The notes: generated from the sequence alone by a model not told the origin. A stretch of DNA of 64,000 nt from Phoronis australis (GCA_002633005.1 NMRA01000449.1:1-64000), one strand, 5' to 3'. Positions 1 through 13,671 are shown, numbered from the stretch's first letter. Numbers and translations: made by a program.

Positions 1-9
1 CGTTATAAT

Positions 10-170
10 TGCAGGAAAGGATTTAAAACGTTGTTAATGCCAGTAGGTTGAAACATCCCGTCTGCATTACATGGAATCGGTAGATGGCTGTGAACGCCTG
101 TCCACCAAAGACCTGATCGCCGTCTTGCGGGATAATAAATTTGAATGTGACGTGGCTATTTCGATGCAGA
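10..170. repeat. Diverged copy of the repeat at 54990-55160
   Basis: gaacgcctgtccaccaaagacctgatcgccgtc...ggctatttcga matches the minus strand of ~54995-55070. Confidence 0.7.
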
Positions 171-180
171 CAGTTTGGAG

Positions 181-310
181 CAGGAGCGGATCCAAGATTT
201 TGAGCCATAAGTTTGCCCGTCAGACATTCGCACCTTCAAACTGCCAATTGGAATCCGGGAGAATTTTAGGGGGGCATGGCCCCATGGGTCCCCCTTTAAA
301 TCCGCCACTG
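181..310. mobile_element. MITE related to the CAG(G/T)GGCGGAT family
   Basis: Termini are caggagcggatcc and aatccgccactg, with a G/C-tract interior. Confidence 0.6.
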
Positions 311-358
311 CAGAAAATTTAAAGTCGTGGGCAAGTTATACACAAACAGCAAACGTGC

Positions 359-520
359 CTTGTTGATGGCGTGCTTATATAGATTATAAGTGACGTCTGC
401 CCATAAAGCATGTGGAAGTCCCTGTAAAACGTCGTTCGATTCTATTCCGTTCGTCCTGTGCCACGCGTGCTCATAATGCATGATGATCCTTTTCCGTAAC
501 TGCTCGTCAATGAAAAAATC
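359..520 (-). CDS. Internal exon of a CNBD ion channel (CNG/HCN/KCNH/CNGK-like), C-linker region
   Basis: Acceptor ttcttgcag|GAT at 521/520. The 162-nt phase 0-0 exon reads DFFIDEQLRKRIIMHYEHAWHRTNGIESNDVLQGLPHALWADVTYNLYKHAINK. The L..R...Y...W....G......L..LP..L..D/E pattern is typical of the C-linker. The probable donor is the non-canonical AAG|GCACGT. Confidence 0.85.
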
Positions 521-1626
521 CTGCAAGAATAAAACAAACAACGTCATGATTTTCGTCTGTAAAATAAATCTTTGCCAGTGTTAACCCTTTTACCTGTTAA
601 ATTGCTTTGTTATTACTGTTAAGTCAGAAGGGTCTGTGAGCAGGTACGACTATAGCTCCTTGAAACAACAATGAGGGAAGGTGTAATGCCGTGTTCAGAA
701 AAGGAAAAACAAAGAGTAGGTCTACAGTTGAATTTTTTTCCTAGAGTGCCCGAGTTCTAATGTTTGTTCCCGAAATTACGTTTGACAAAGTTCATCCTGC
801 TTTAATACAAACTCAATATAAGTGCTAATTATTTTTGTGATGGAATACATTATTGTTTACGCAGATGGATTTCTGTGTCCGGTGCGCACTTGGTGTCCCC
901 AACAGTTTAGCAACAAACTCGAGTAAAAATTCGAAATTTAGAGTTTATACTCCAACTTAAGGCTGTAACTTTAGAGAAAAAATCACAGAAGATTTTTGAA
1001 CGAGTGTATGTAAAATGAAAACGTTTAAATGCCACGCCAATGGAGCCTGAGCTACACGCGATAGTGTAACAGCGTATTTGTCTTATTCGGTAGATTATTT
1101 GAAATACGGCATTTGATCTGAGGCATTCCTCGCGTCGCACAGAAATAGTATATTCATATTTGGTGAGCTTGGTTGAAAGCACGATTGTACGCTTTGTTAG
1201 ACAGCTTAAAGTCCTTCTCTCAAACTGCCCATGTGGTTCCAGTATCCGAAAATACTTACTACATAAAATCTTATTTTCGACACCCTTTTTTATATTCTTT
1301 TCGCCTTTCTTGCCATAAGCGATTTTTGAACAGTATTTGACCCTTCTCTCTGAGCATATGATTACCGGTTGTCATCGGTTATTTCCGTACCCACATTTCC
1401 GGCTCATCAGTTCAGGAACTTGTCCTGAAAGCCGCCATTTTTCCTTGTAACTGAATGTGCTCTCTCTTGCTCGAAAAGTCTTCATTATTTTGTTTTGTTA
1501 GTAATATTTCGTGATTCGTTAGCATATGTAGTGTATTTATAGTTTGTAGTTAGTGGTCGTTGATTTTTTTTGGAATGTTACGCGTACTTAGTATGTTAAA
1601 ATAGCATTGGTGTTTAGTTCCTTACA

Positions 1627-2912
1627 TAGGCCGGTCGAACCTAGGAACCACTATGGGTCGAACCTATTTTTTTCGGTTTTATTTTTTTCTCGTTTTGAAA
1701 AAGTACTTTGCTATCATCGGAAAGGTAGTGCATTCTACTCAGTAAAAATCGAAAAAGTATCAGAATTGGGGCAAGCAGTGTAAAGTTATTGAAAGTTTTT
1801 TGGTGAAATTTGGGTCACTTTGTTTGGATCGCGTCGGCCATATTGGAGGACAGCGGGATAAGTTACGAGTTTAAAACTTTGTGTTGTTTTCGCCAACAAA
1901 TTACGGTGAAATTTAGGTAGACATGTCTTTGCTTACTATTCTGCACGATTTAACAATGTTCACCAAAGTTCAGCCTCGCAGTTGTTACTCATTAAGTGAT
2001 AAATGTGTTCACAATTCCCTTTGGACTTCGTCTCATTTCTGGCGGCACCGACAATATGGCGACTTTTGCTGAACTGAAAGGCATGTTCAATCGGCTACTT
2101 TGTACAGTGTAATTTGTGAAGATTTAACGGTGATACATTTTGACACATGCTGCTACAAAAAGAAACTTTGTTCAATTTTCGTGTTTTTTGTGCAAAAATA
2201 TAAGAAGATATATTCGAATTATTTTACTGTAAATTTCCCATTCAGATGATCTGACACAAAGCTAAAAAAATGATTTTGAAATGGTTTTTTGTTTGACTGT
2301 CAACTGCTGTTCAAGACTTGATTCGGTGTCCCAAAATGATTCATATTTTTCTAAATTTTAAATCTCAATTGCTTTCAAGTCATCAGCTTATCAAGTCAAC
2401 AATATGAATCATCTTAGTTTGAGAAATAAGCGATGTTGGATTGTGAAGCTTCAAGCCTCTTGTTCTTGTTCCTTGCAACTTCATATTTTTTTAAACGATG
2501 CTTGTCAAATTCTGGTGTAAGGAAACACTATTCCGTCACCATGGTAATAGTTACATGTATGTCCACTTTCATATCATGGAAACTGTTGCTGTTGAACAGT
2601 GTTTGTAATGCTAAATGTTGTAAAGTGTTGTGCATTTTAAGTTACTTATTATGTTAAAAGTTTGAATCATTTTGGGTTAATGAATAAAAAATGATAACAT
2701 TTTGTATTGGACTTGTCATACTTATGAGCTCGAACGAGCCCCCTTTTGGAGAACTGGAAAAAGGTCTGCCTCAGTTACAGAAGCACAAATTCCGAAAAAG
2801 TACAAAATGAGACAATATTCCACTAGAAGACAGGAAGTACCAAAATTTAGCGTCTGCAATTCATAGCTCTGAACATACCCAGTGAGTCTTACAGTAAAAG
2901 ATAGACATTCCC
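1627..2912. mobile_element. Probable DNA-transposon end fragment, truncated at N
   Basis: Starts TAGGCCGGTCGAACC with a repeated gtcgaaccta, followed by a long T-rich subterminal sequence. No matching second TIR is seen before the N at 2913. Confidence 0.3.
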
Positions 2913-3161
2913 NAGTCTGGGAAAATCTCTATTGAGAGCCAACAACTTTGCACAGTTCGCCAGAAGTATCCAAGTTCTAAATAAACCTCGTTTGAGCGAG
3001 CGCTGTGGCCAGCGACCAGTTAGGCCTATGGGTAGCCTTGGCGCAAAGCTGTATAGGCCTACTAACGAGCTGTATTTTGACTCTTCACTGGTAACTGGAG
3101 ACTGAGGCTAACTAAGGTCTGCCGCGGCAGTGTGACACAGGACTAACCAGCCCGTAATTTC

Positions 3162-3837
3162 ATGCAAGTGTCTGAAACTACCCTTGAATATATGCAGCAT
3201 TTATGATTTGACCATTTTACTTCGACAAAGCAGCTTGCAACCGCATGCATTTACCGTTCGCCAGTGTCTGGTCTCGATCCGCACCGGGTCCGATAGGCTG
3301 CGGTCCCGAGTCTGGCAAAATAATTTCTGTCAAAATTTATTCGCCACATTTCTTCAGCAAATTCTATAAAATTTCCGTAGTTTGATATTAAAATTAAGGC
3401 GCGCTGTCGATTATTTTATCCCCGTTTGCTGGCTGGTTACAGTTCAGGCACTGCTCCAGTCGCACTGACGGCGTTTTCTCGGCCTGGGTTCCTGAANATG
3501 CAAGTGTCTGAAACTACCCTTGAATATATGCAGCATTTATCATTTGACCATTTTACTTCGACAAAACAGCTTAAAACCGCACGCATTTACCGTTCGCCAG
3601 TGTCTGGTCTCGATCCGTACCGGGTCCGATAGGCTGCGGTCCCGAGTCTGGCAAAATAATTTCTGTCAAAATTTATTCGCCACATTTCTTCAGCAAATTC
3701 GATAAAATTGTCCGTAGTTTGATTTTATCAAAATTAAGGCGCGCTGTCGATTTTTTTTATCCCCGTTTGCTGGCTGGTAACAGTACAGGCACTGCCCCAG
3801 TCGCACTGACGGCGTTTTCTCGGCCTGGGTTCCTGAA
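3162..3837. repeat. ~335-bp direct duplication across N at 3497
   Basis: 3162-3496 and 3498-3837 differ by scattered substitutions and small indels. These are probably two alleles joined at a gap. Confidence 0.85.
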
Positions 3838-3930
3838 TGAATTGTACTTCCGGGTTCGCGGCAAGTTCAAAATGGCGGTGTTTCTTCGGGTGCGAATCGT
3901 GAGTGGCGCGTTCATTTAAACTTTTTTGAG

Positions 3931-4142
3931 TACGGATCGTGTATAAGTTATGCGGTAGGTACTCATCCTTATAACATCTTCTAACCATGTAATAAGGGTT
4001 AACAACGCGTGAGAGAAGGACTTTAAACTTTCTTCGACTACGGATTGTGTATCGGTTATGGGATAAGTATTGCGCTGTTCCTCATAATGTCTTCTAACCG
4101 TTTAATGAGGGTTAAAAACGTGTGCTTCTAGGACTTTCAATT
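3931..4142. repeat. Diverged ~108-bp tandem duplication
   Basis: tacggatcgtgtat...tcttctaacc...agggttaa...aggacttt is repeated from 4039 with many substitutions. Confidence 0.7.
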
Positions 4143-6608
4143 CAATGGACGAAATCTGCGGTCTTTCATGCAAGCCGTTACGTCATTATTCACTAGCGAC
4201 ACCTGGCCAAATTATCTGGTTATATTTCCGACAAGTACGTCGCTTGCTAATCATGGCCGGCTGCTGTGCGGTCGGGTGGTAGTAGCATTGCTAAAAGTAC
4301 TCACGATACCAACAATTCTACTATTGGAAGACTTTGAACAGTGTTTCAATGTCCAAATTGTTTTTTTTTCGTTGTACTAGGCAGTAAAATAGATGCGAGA
4401 ATTTCCTGTCACAATACAGTAACTGGAAACTGCACCAGATAATTTAGGAGAGTGACGCCTCTTCTAGTATAGTACACAAGAAAATGTCAGAGTTGCGAAT
4501 TTGTTGTCTATAATCTATTCATTGAAACAATAGAATCCTGTCATCAGATTTCATTTTATGGATGATTTTGTTGCGAACAGAGCTGTGTTCTAGCAGCAAA
4601 TATATCAACACACACGAGGTACCCTCGGCCATTACTTGGTTAGTCAGTTTTCCGCGGTGTGGTGCATGCGGAAACATTGTGTCCGATATTTAGGTGTTCC
4701 AAGGGTTTGCTGGTTGTTTTTTAAACAGTCAGAACATAAATATGTCTTTGGTCTCAAGATATAGTAACAGAACAATTCTGTAAAGGTAAGTTTTTGTTTC
4801 ATTGAAGAATTTACAACAACCAGTAATATTTCCAATGAAATATAATGCAAATTGTCCGATATTTAGGTCGCTTGACTGTATACCTTCATTGTGATTTACC
4901 CGAAAAAAATAAATCAGCATGTGCTTTCCCAGGTACCGTACAAATGAGATAAATTGCGTTTCACTAAAATAATGAATGTTTGGACAAAGATTAAAAATAC
5001 GGTTCTTTAACGCGATACAGTGACACCATCAGGCAAAACAAGTGCTAGACTAGAGAGCAGACGACGACCGACGAAGACAGCCACAACGATGAGTAAATTG
5101 CAATCAAATGAAACTTATAGACACAACCTACCCGAACTAACACTAAGGAACAATATTCTAGAGAAATAATAATCCTAGAACTCAGCAAACAGGATGGCCA
5201 CCCCACGATCGTTCTTGTCTAACAGCTTCTGTTAATGCAAAATTAAAAGAAGATAAATCTAGCCTTGCCAGAGTTTATTGAGGAAATGTGCGAACAGAGC
5301 AGTCCTTTCAAGACCTCAATCCTGCAAGCACATCGAGTATGCAGTTTGCAGTCTTGTACAGTTCCTTTCCGCCCTGTTCCCTGTGTTTCCCGGTAACCTT
5401 TTCGTGACATTACTTTTCGCTCATGTTTCGAGTTTTCTGTGTTAACTTTGAAATGGTACCCATTTCGAATAGCAACACAACGTGTGAAATAATTTATTAA
5501 CAAATAAAATTTCAATTTTGAACATTAAAACCAATTACCATTTCAAATACATGTACACAAAAACGTGAAATCCACTCAAATTGTTTAAACCACCACAATA
5601 AGTGCATCCGCTTACACTGTAATGTAATTTTAATAGCCTATACATGGTCAAATGCCCCTCAAGGTGAGATATGAATACCTGAATTGAACGATGGTGACCA
5701 TGACATCTTTAAAATGAATTAAGAAAAATTACAGTCAAAATTCCTAAAAAGTCTAGTATATGAATGATGCCGTGCCATTGTCATGTGATGAAACCACAAA
5801 ATTACAAGTAGTGGCAACGAAAACACAAACTACGGTGTTAATAGCGCACCCTTTAGTGGGTTATCAAATAAATTAAACAGTCGTGTGGGGCAAATTGAGG
5901 TATTTCGCCAGAAATTGTAATCCGAGCAAAAACTCTCATGCTATTGACGTGTCACTTTTAAAATTTGAAACCCTTTTATAAACACAAGGGATCGATAACT
6001 ATTATTTTTGATATGAACACAACCGAATCATAGCAACACAACAATCTCAAAGATACGGTGTTCAAGCCGTCCAGTCAGTGCCCGTGTATAATCGTTATGC
6101 CTATCATTCTCAGTTCGTGTATATCATGGTTGAGTTTGTAGTTCAAGTTCTTGATGACGTCTAGATTCGTGCTACAAACTCGAGTAAAAACTTCAGATTT
6201 CGATGTCAAACTCAGGTTACAAAAACGGAAGAAAAGGTCTTCCAGGAAAACCGTAATGTATTGGACCTAGACAGACTGCACAGAAGTAGAAAATCGGGAA
6301 AATGTCAAAATTAATTTTGAGTTCAATTTCAAAGATTAGATCCTGGTTGCTGAAGGCAAATCAGATGTCTCATTCTTCGTTTGAAAAAGTCACATGCGAA
6401 CGTTCATCAGACGTCTGATCTGCCTTCTTATAGGAATCGGCGCTTCTCAAACCAGACGGCAGGTAAACCATCTGCCTTCTATGACGTCACATGGGCTTAG
6501 GTTCTGTTCGCCTATGCGCAAATAGATCAGTGTTGTGCTCCCTAAAGCGTAGTGCTGCGCCATCTTTATAATTTTTGATTTACTAATACAGAGTTGGATT
6601 CCTAATTA

Positions 6609-6875
6609 CATGCACGCACCCAGCCTAAAATATAGGGGGGCTCGAATTTTTCGGTGTGCGGACCTTTTACTGAAAAAAATGAACGAGGATAAAAAAAAAC
6701 AAAAAAGAACCAGGCCACTAGGTTCAGGCCAACGGATTGTGCATCTGCGCCAAATTCCTGTAGGCTTTGTGGAATTTTGTCTCGTTTACTCGGACTTTTT
6801 GTTTCGCTGAGGCGGACCTTTTTGCCCAAATCGCCAAATTCGAGCCCCCCAAGCCCCCCCCTGGGTGCGCCCATG
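6609..6875. mobile_element. MITE, CATGC(A/G)CGCACCCAG family
   Basis: TIRs are catgcacgcacccag and ctgggtgcgcccatg, with an exact 5-bp TSD aatta on both sides. A related copy lies at 11826-12005. Confidence 0.8.
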
Positions 6876-8349
6876 AATTACACGATAAAACCACAGAACC
6901 GAAGCTCCTAGAGTTCCATGAGAAAACCAAGGACAAAACGAAGTTCACTGTTTTCTTCAACAGGAAGAATCATCATCGCTAAGTGGATTTAGTCCAACTG
7001 AAGTTAGAGATTTCTGCTTGACCTAGCTGCACACGACGCCTTTTCGGACGCGCGTTTCAAACCGATCCATCTGCCTCAGACGTCCTATCTGCCTTCTCAT
7101 AATAAGTAATATACTTATGGACGCAGGATAAGTCCAATCAGACAATAAATCCTTCGTAAATGCGAGGACAGCTTACTGCATCCGGCTTCTGCCGTGTAAC
7201 AGTTAAAGTTAAATATTCAAACACATGTATTCAAATGATAATGTCCGGACTAATAATCATCAACAAAAATTTGAATTAGATGACTTATTAATTGAAAACA
7301 ATACATTGCATAAATTATTCTCGCGACAAAGCGCAACGTTGCAACGTCTGAAGAGCACCATCTATTGCGTTGACTTTCTTGTCCTTATTCTGCACATAAA
7401 TCCCATCCTCCTTCGTATTTCTGGAAACGGAGTTCGCTGACGCACTGATTAAATACCGAACTTCAACGAATTGATGGAAAATTGTGCTGGACGTGCATCA
7501 TGTCTTCAGCACGAGTGTTTGTTTCGTTTCAGCAAGGACATTTACCACTAGCAGGTGGCGTAGCACGTAACAAATCACGTTTCGCCCGACTTGTTATAAA
7601 ACGCCCTCATGTGGTGACAAAGACTGAACCAACGATGTGTATAATGCACAATGTATTGTCTCGTGCACTCAGCGGTTGCAAATGTAGCGACATCTAGTGT
7701 CAGTTGCGGAGGTTTGTCATTTGCAGGTGGCGAATGCATAATTCACTAGGCGTCGCAAGTAAACCAGTGGTCTTACCAATAGCAATGCTTGCATTCAGGT
7801 TGACGAGGAACGTGCAGCGACAAATCTACGCTGATGAAATGGAAGCATTGTATTCCATTCGAAATGTTATCACTCCAACCTCTTCGAACCATCATTTAAG
7901 CTTGGCCGCAATTTTGCTAGTGTACTTTAGTAAAGTGGTCGAGCGTACGCACGAAACACTAGCTTTTCAATCAGATGATTCCGCGTGACCTTGCGAGATC
8001 TTGCTTTTCTCTCGAGTGTCTTGCGTTGTAAGAACGCACCGGTGGTAATCACGTGGGGCTCTTGTCTCACAAACCCCTCATACTGATGAACTACTTTTTG
8101 TTATCAATCTATTCATGCGTCAAAAAGAGGGAACTTATTCACTGACACCGCCTAGTGAATATGGCTTTGTCCATTATATCTGCTGCGTTATCAAACCTTT
8201 AATTTAGACGCTGTGTTTGAACTTTCCTACTACAAAAGGCCGCAACGTCAACGTCTGTTGACTACAGGTTTTAGTTGTACATGCCGTGATAGAGAAGATG
8301 CCATTCGTTCGAAGGAAAACAGATTATTATAAAATTGTCGTGGCCACCG

Positions 8350-8594
8350 CTAAACGTGATTCATGGGAGTTCGACTTTGCTGCTTGCCACCGCACAAACT
8401 AAATGCAGCACACCGGCCTTTAGAGGCGCTGTGAATCATATCGTCCACTGACATACACAAAGATGAAATATAGAAACAGGCCGGAGCGCCCCAACCGACT
8501 ATGTATCCCCAACTGTACGCATGCGCCGACGGAACATCCTCCTGGAGCTCCATTACGAGCGGATACGTCACCAACGCTGTTGTTGAACTGAGTG
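8350..8594 (-). CDS. Claudin-superfamily (TMEM47/PERP-like) gene, shared terminal exon 4 (TM3-ECL2-TM4-tail)
   Basis: Acceptor atatttcag|CA (phase 1). Reads ALSSTTALVTYPLVMELQEDVPSAHAYSWGYIVGWGAPACFYISSLCMSV...TPMNHV*. The LVxYP and YSWGYxxGW motifs are typical of PMP22/TMEM47/PERP-type proteins. Confidence 0.88.
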
Positions 8595-10612
8595 CTGAAA
8601 TATATTCACAAAAAATGCCTGAGAACGTGTAACCAATACTCGGCTCTTAAGCAGAGCTGAAACTTCACCTGCGGGCTCTTTTCACAACTTGGTGAAATGG
8701 ATATAAACAAAAAGAATGTGAGGAAGATTTTTTGTTCAGTGTGTTAGTCTTAGCCAAATCAAATTCGATTGACACGGTCTTACCAGTTCCATTTCGCAAC
8801 GAATCAAATCGTCTACCATCTTGTACTCTTAGTTTTTGACTTAATGGCGCCAGCACTGACCCAAGTGCCAACCAATGAGCCCAGTGAATACTTTAATTTA
8901 CTAGTTTTGCAAAATGACAAGCGAATAGTAAAAAGCCGAATATTCTAGTGAACAAGTTCTTTCGAAGGGCTTGATTTCCATGCTTTTATTTTCACCGTAT
9001 TAATTCTGGAGATAAATGTGTTCACGCAATCTCAATTTCGACGTGTGCGGGTTAATATTTGACGTGCAATTCGACTGTGTCACTTGATTCTACGCCTTCA
9101 GCTGTGCGGACTTCCAACCGTGATAATGGACCGACTAGAGAACATGCAGTCAGTATATATGGAATGCCCTGACACCATCATATTGATATCCATATGATGT
9201 CATCGTATTGCACGTACAAAATACAAATTTACTTCCTACATTTTCCCTGACGATGGTTCATACCCTATACCGAAATGACACAACAGAAACACACTCCCTA
9301 TATCCTGACCTTGTTGCCATTTTATCTCTGGAACTCAAATTTTCAATTTACTATCGCAAGTGACAACTATAACACTGGCATAACCTACTTAGCGCAAAGT
9401 GTTCGAGAATGACAAACCTAATGGCTGCTTTGTGTACTAGTATAACGTTCTCAGAAACCTGTTTGGGAAAGATCGATAATCTGACAGCTGTTGCGTGCAT
9501 ACATATGCATGCTACCTACGACGTCTAACCTCAAGCGACTAATTGGAGAAATTTCCGTCTTAACAAATACGATATTTGCCTTTACCCATTGCTTGAAACA
9601 CGGAGAGTTGTCGTCATGTGTTAACGATTCCAAAATATACTGTACATTCAGGGCTGCATGGAATTTAAACATTTCTAACTGTGAATAAGTCACTGATGCG
9701 TCTGTTTAAAGCTGGCCTTTCCGCCATTTGTGCATAGTATCTGCCGCCCAATGACTGACTGTTGTTTTATATTGGAATGTTCCTTAGCACCAAGAATTTA
9801 GCATCATTTGTTATATTTTTGTATGAAATTAAAAAGCATACACAAGCCATGCATAGGTGTCCCATTACAAGCACGGTCCAATCTCTTGAGTCTTGTTTTT
9901 CGCTGACAAGTTTGTGGATCTCTTGATTAGACCTTATATGATAGTTGAATTGGCTTGACTATCTTTATAACGTTTTATGAGAGTGATTAAAATGAGGTTT
10001 TAGGCACATTAAACGAACGTGTATTCTGCTAGAAAAGCATGTGATTTATTTTCACACTTTTTACTCTGTAAAACATTTTGAAAATTACCGGCACACACTT
10101 CCCATATCGTAACAATCTCCATACAAACATTACACCAGCAAGTTATTTCGCGAAACAGGTCACTGAAATTTGCTGAAAGCGTTTCCCTATTTAAGCCTTC
10201 GTGACATCAATTGATTTTTATTGTTCTAATTTCTCACTGTCTGTTAGCTCTCCTCCTCTCGACACTCTCCCACTAGCCATCGTGGCAGAATAACGAGAAA
10301 AAGTATTTTTGCTACGGGGCTCATTTATTGAGGAGGTTTATCACTCTAAACCCCATGTTGATCTACTGCTGATCAGAAATTAAAACAAAAACATGGAGCC
10401 GGCATCATCTGCTCCAAAAAAATGGTCTTCCCAGTTGCCTATTGTTTTTTTCAACCTTCCAAAATTGAGATGAGCATAATTGTTTTGTGATTGACTTTGG
10501 TACTTGTTTTCCTCTTCGAAATGGTTATTTTCATGTGTCCAGATGAATCATTTTTCATAATGCAAACTAGCGCCACATGTCGGTAAAGTTAGCAAGTTTC
10601 CGAAACACTTAC

Positions 10613-10762
10613 CACAAACGAAATAAATTTCAGCAGCGGAATGGTAAAAGTAGACCTTCCTCGGGAGTTGTAAGGCACACAAACCGCAGAGGGCGAGTAA
10701 ACTGGCGAGAAGGCTGAAGCCAAGTGAGAAAAGGATCAGAGCAATCACAGCCAGCTGCCAGT
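10613..10762 (-). CDS. Claudin-superfamily gene, shared exon 3 (TM2 and start of TM3)
   Basis: Acceptor tttcccttctag|AC and donor TGTG|gtaagt; 150 nt, phase 1-1. Reads WQLAVIALILFSLGFSLLASLLALCGLCALQLPRKVYFYHSAAEIYFVC and joins exon 4 in frame. Confidence 0.9.
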
Positions 10763-11825
10763 CTAGAAGGGAAAGGATCATATGTTAAATAAAACTTGTA
10801 AACTTTTCGTGCATCTAATAATTCGTCATCTAGACAAATTTATGACCTATTCAGTCTCGTGAAGTATGTCCGCCTTTCCAACTACCTTCAAAACCAGAAT
10901 CTTACTGATTTTTTGAGGTAGTCCCAGACTAAAAACAGTTGGTTAAAGAAACGTTGTGTCTGTCATAATACCCTGCAAATTCCAGCTATCCCTGTCAAAT
11001 CACAAAAATTCTCTTGCAACTCACGTGTGGATGACTTTTTGAGCTATTCGTTAGTTTCCAGCAGCGAACATCTTGCCAAATTCAAACAAAAATTATAGCC
11101 AAAATCGATTAGTAAGCCGGAAGTCGTCATAGAAAACCAGTCCGTTGTCTTAATCGGCAGTCGTTGATTATGAAGAACGCTTTTGAGCGTTTAAAAGCGA
11201 GACCGACTGGCTAGGAGTGTGAGAATGACGACAGAGGTCGCGGTAAGACTTGGTTGACGAAATTAATGAACGTTCTACTTATTTCCTCATACCCCATATT
11301 TCACAATTATTTGTATTTATGATTCCACTCAACCACTAAACCACTACTCTGTCATTCATCCACAATATCAGACACACGACACGCCAAGCTTGAAATACAC
11401 TCATTTGTTTTTTGTACACACGACATGCACGGAGGTCTCAAATACAACGCTGGTTCTTTCTTACTAAATATCACAAACGACATACTATGGAACCTGAGAA
11501 GAATGGCTTTGTCATTCTTAACAAATATATATATATATGGTATTTATAGAGCAACTGATTATCTCGTCGAAATAGGCTAACGCAGTTAATATAGGATCTT
11601 ATTAAAAAACAGAAGGGTGAACACATGTCAACAAAATTGTACTCGAGACTTTTGAAACGCTTCCGGCCAACTAAGGCCATCCTTGATCAAATGTGGTGTT
11701 TTAGGGTCAGACACAACTAAAGCCCTGTGTACAGACTCTGATGTTTAGTAGACCACTGCCCTATAGACCTTGAAGGTTGAAATAGAGTTTCTGACGTGAA
11801 GTAGAATGTGTTACGACACGACTGG

Positions 11826-12005
11826 CATGCGTGCACCCAGGGGGGGAGGGGGGGTTGGGGGCTCGGAGGGCTCCCTATTTGGCGAAGTGGGCAAAAAGGT
11901 AAGCCTCAGAGAAACAAAAGCTCTAAACGTACCCCGTGAATCTTAGCAAAAGGTCCACATTCTCAAAAATTCGAGCCCCCCCATTTTTATGCTGGGTGCG
12001 CGCAA
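11826..12005. mobile_element. MITE, same family as 6609-6875, opposite orientation
   Basis: Reads catgcgtgcacccaggggg...aaattcgagcccccc...gctgggtgcgcgca. Confidence 0.7.
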
Positions 12006-12407
12006 CGCCGAGTATGTAATTTTTTGATACTATATGGGCAAATCACAAAGTACTGCAAAGTAGAAATCTATACGCCTTACAGTTTATCGTCTGCAAAACA
12101 CAAACACCAACAACCAAACAATGCCGGAATTAGGTGAAGGCGACAAGGCTATGATTGACAAATCGGGTGTCGCAACTGTACGTAGGCCTACTCCCAGTCG
12201 GAAGAACATGCAAACAACTTCTTAAACGGACCCATCTTCAGCGGCGAATTCCATGTCTACGTTCATTCAAACGGAGACGAATCCCAACTCGAGAAACTTC
12301 GCGGTGAGACTGACTAGATGTGCTGTAGGTCAATGAGTCAGTGCTCACACGCAAGGGAATTCGGGTATGCCCTGCTGACTGTTATTCAGAAACATTTGCT
12401 AAGATAT

Positions 12408-13671
12408 AATTACTCTGCGTGTCTAAGCGCAGAGTACTGTTGTTCCTGGGTTTTCTTCAATTTTATTCTTCTTATTCTTCTTATTCTTATTCTTCTTCCG
12501 ACCAACTTTGAGGCTTATAACTCCAAATTGGGTGCAGGTACGGTCTTTAAATTCAGCATTTGACTTTCGACAGTATATATTAAATTTTGATTGGTTATAT
12601 AATCATATTCCATATGGCACCGGAAGAGGCCGTTTGGTGCAAAGTTCATATAATTTTCAAAATGCTACTTCTCCTTCAGTTTTAAAGCTATCTTTTTCAA
12701 ATTCGGTGCACAGGTAGAAGTCAACATGACAATTTAAAAACTTACTTTTCTAAGTAATCGGGTAATCCAATCAGGTGAAATAGGTCAAAGGTCATTAGGT
12801 GCAAACTAAAATTTTGAGCTAGACACTTCAAATTGACAGGTCTGATTGCCACAGGTAAATCAAATCGGAATCCAAAGTTTCAGGTCATTTAGTGCAAACA
12901 TGGGGTCGACTCATTAGGTGCATTTATCTTCTGAAAATTTGACCTTTTCAATCAGCAAGTATTCTGATGTGTCAACCGTTAGACAACTGTGATTCTCAGC
13001 GTTAAACACATTTTCCATGGGCTTTGCAATAATTCTCCTAAAGATGCTTAAAATGCACCGGATAAGGTCAATTAGTGCAAAGGTCATGTAACGTTCAAAA
13101 TGTTATATCTCTTACGTTTTTCAAGGAATTCTTTTCAATTTCAGCACACTGGTGTAAGTCAACATGCCAACTAAATACCCTACTTTACTTCGCAATAGGC
13201 CTAACCAATCAGAAAAAATAGGAAAAAGGTCATTGAGTGCAATCCAAAATTTTGAGCTAGAGACTTCAAAATTAAATATCTGTTCGCTAAGTGCGATTGA
13301 GTTTGAATTCTAAATTTTCAGGTCATTTGGTGCACCCGTGGGGTCATTAGGTGCATTTTTCTTCTGAAAGTTTGACCAATTCATTCATCTTGTATTCTGG
13401 AGTGCTTAAAGTAAAACATCTGTGATTTTAACATTAACCACACTTTTAATTGAGCTAATAATTACTCCCTCATCGGGGCTCATAATGCACCGGAAGAGGT
13501 CAATTAGTGGAAAGGTCATCAAAAAATTAATATGTAATTTCTCCCACAATTTTAAAGAATTCCTTTTCATATTAGTAAACGGGTTGCTGTCAGTAACTTC
13601 CCATAATAATTCCAGTAATACGCACGCGCAAAGTCCGTTATTGTCACGCCGTGACAATAATCTTTCTAGTT
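12408..13671 (+). mobile_element. Non-autonomous Helentron-associated element (HINE/DINE-1-like)
   Basis: Features are a 5' subterminal inverted repeat tactctgcg..cgcagagta, an (ATTCTT)n microsatellite near 12465-12500, internal ~435-bp tandem units (gcaccgga.gagg at ~12617, 13055, 13487), a 3' subTIR acgcgcaaagt, and a hairpin ttattgtcacg-c-cgtgacaataa (13638-13660) followed by CTAGTT. Confidence 0.7.

Noticed and set aside
1370-1415. Hammerhead-like CTGATGAG...GAAA on the minus strand
   Set aside because: The helix II closing pair and helices I and III do not form.
3162-3837. Tandem duplication with paired 61-aa ORFs
   Set aside because: The copies are split by the N at 3497, which is consistent with two alleles of a heterozygous individual. 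The ORFs have no recognisable protein features.
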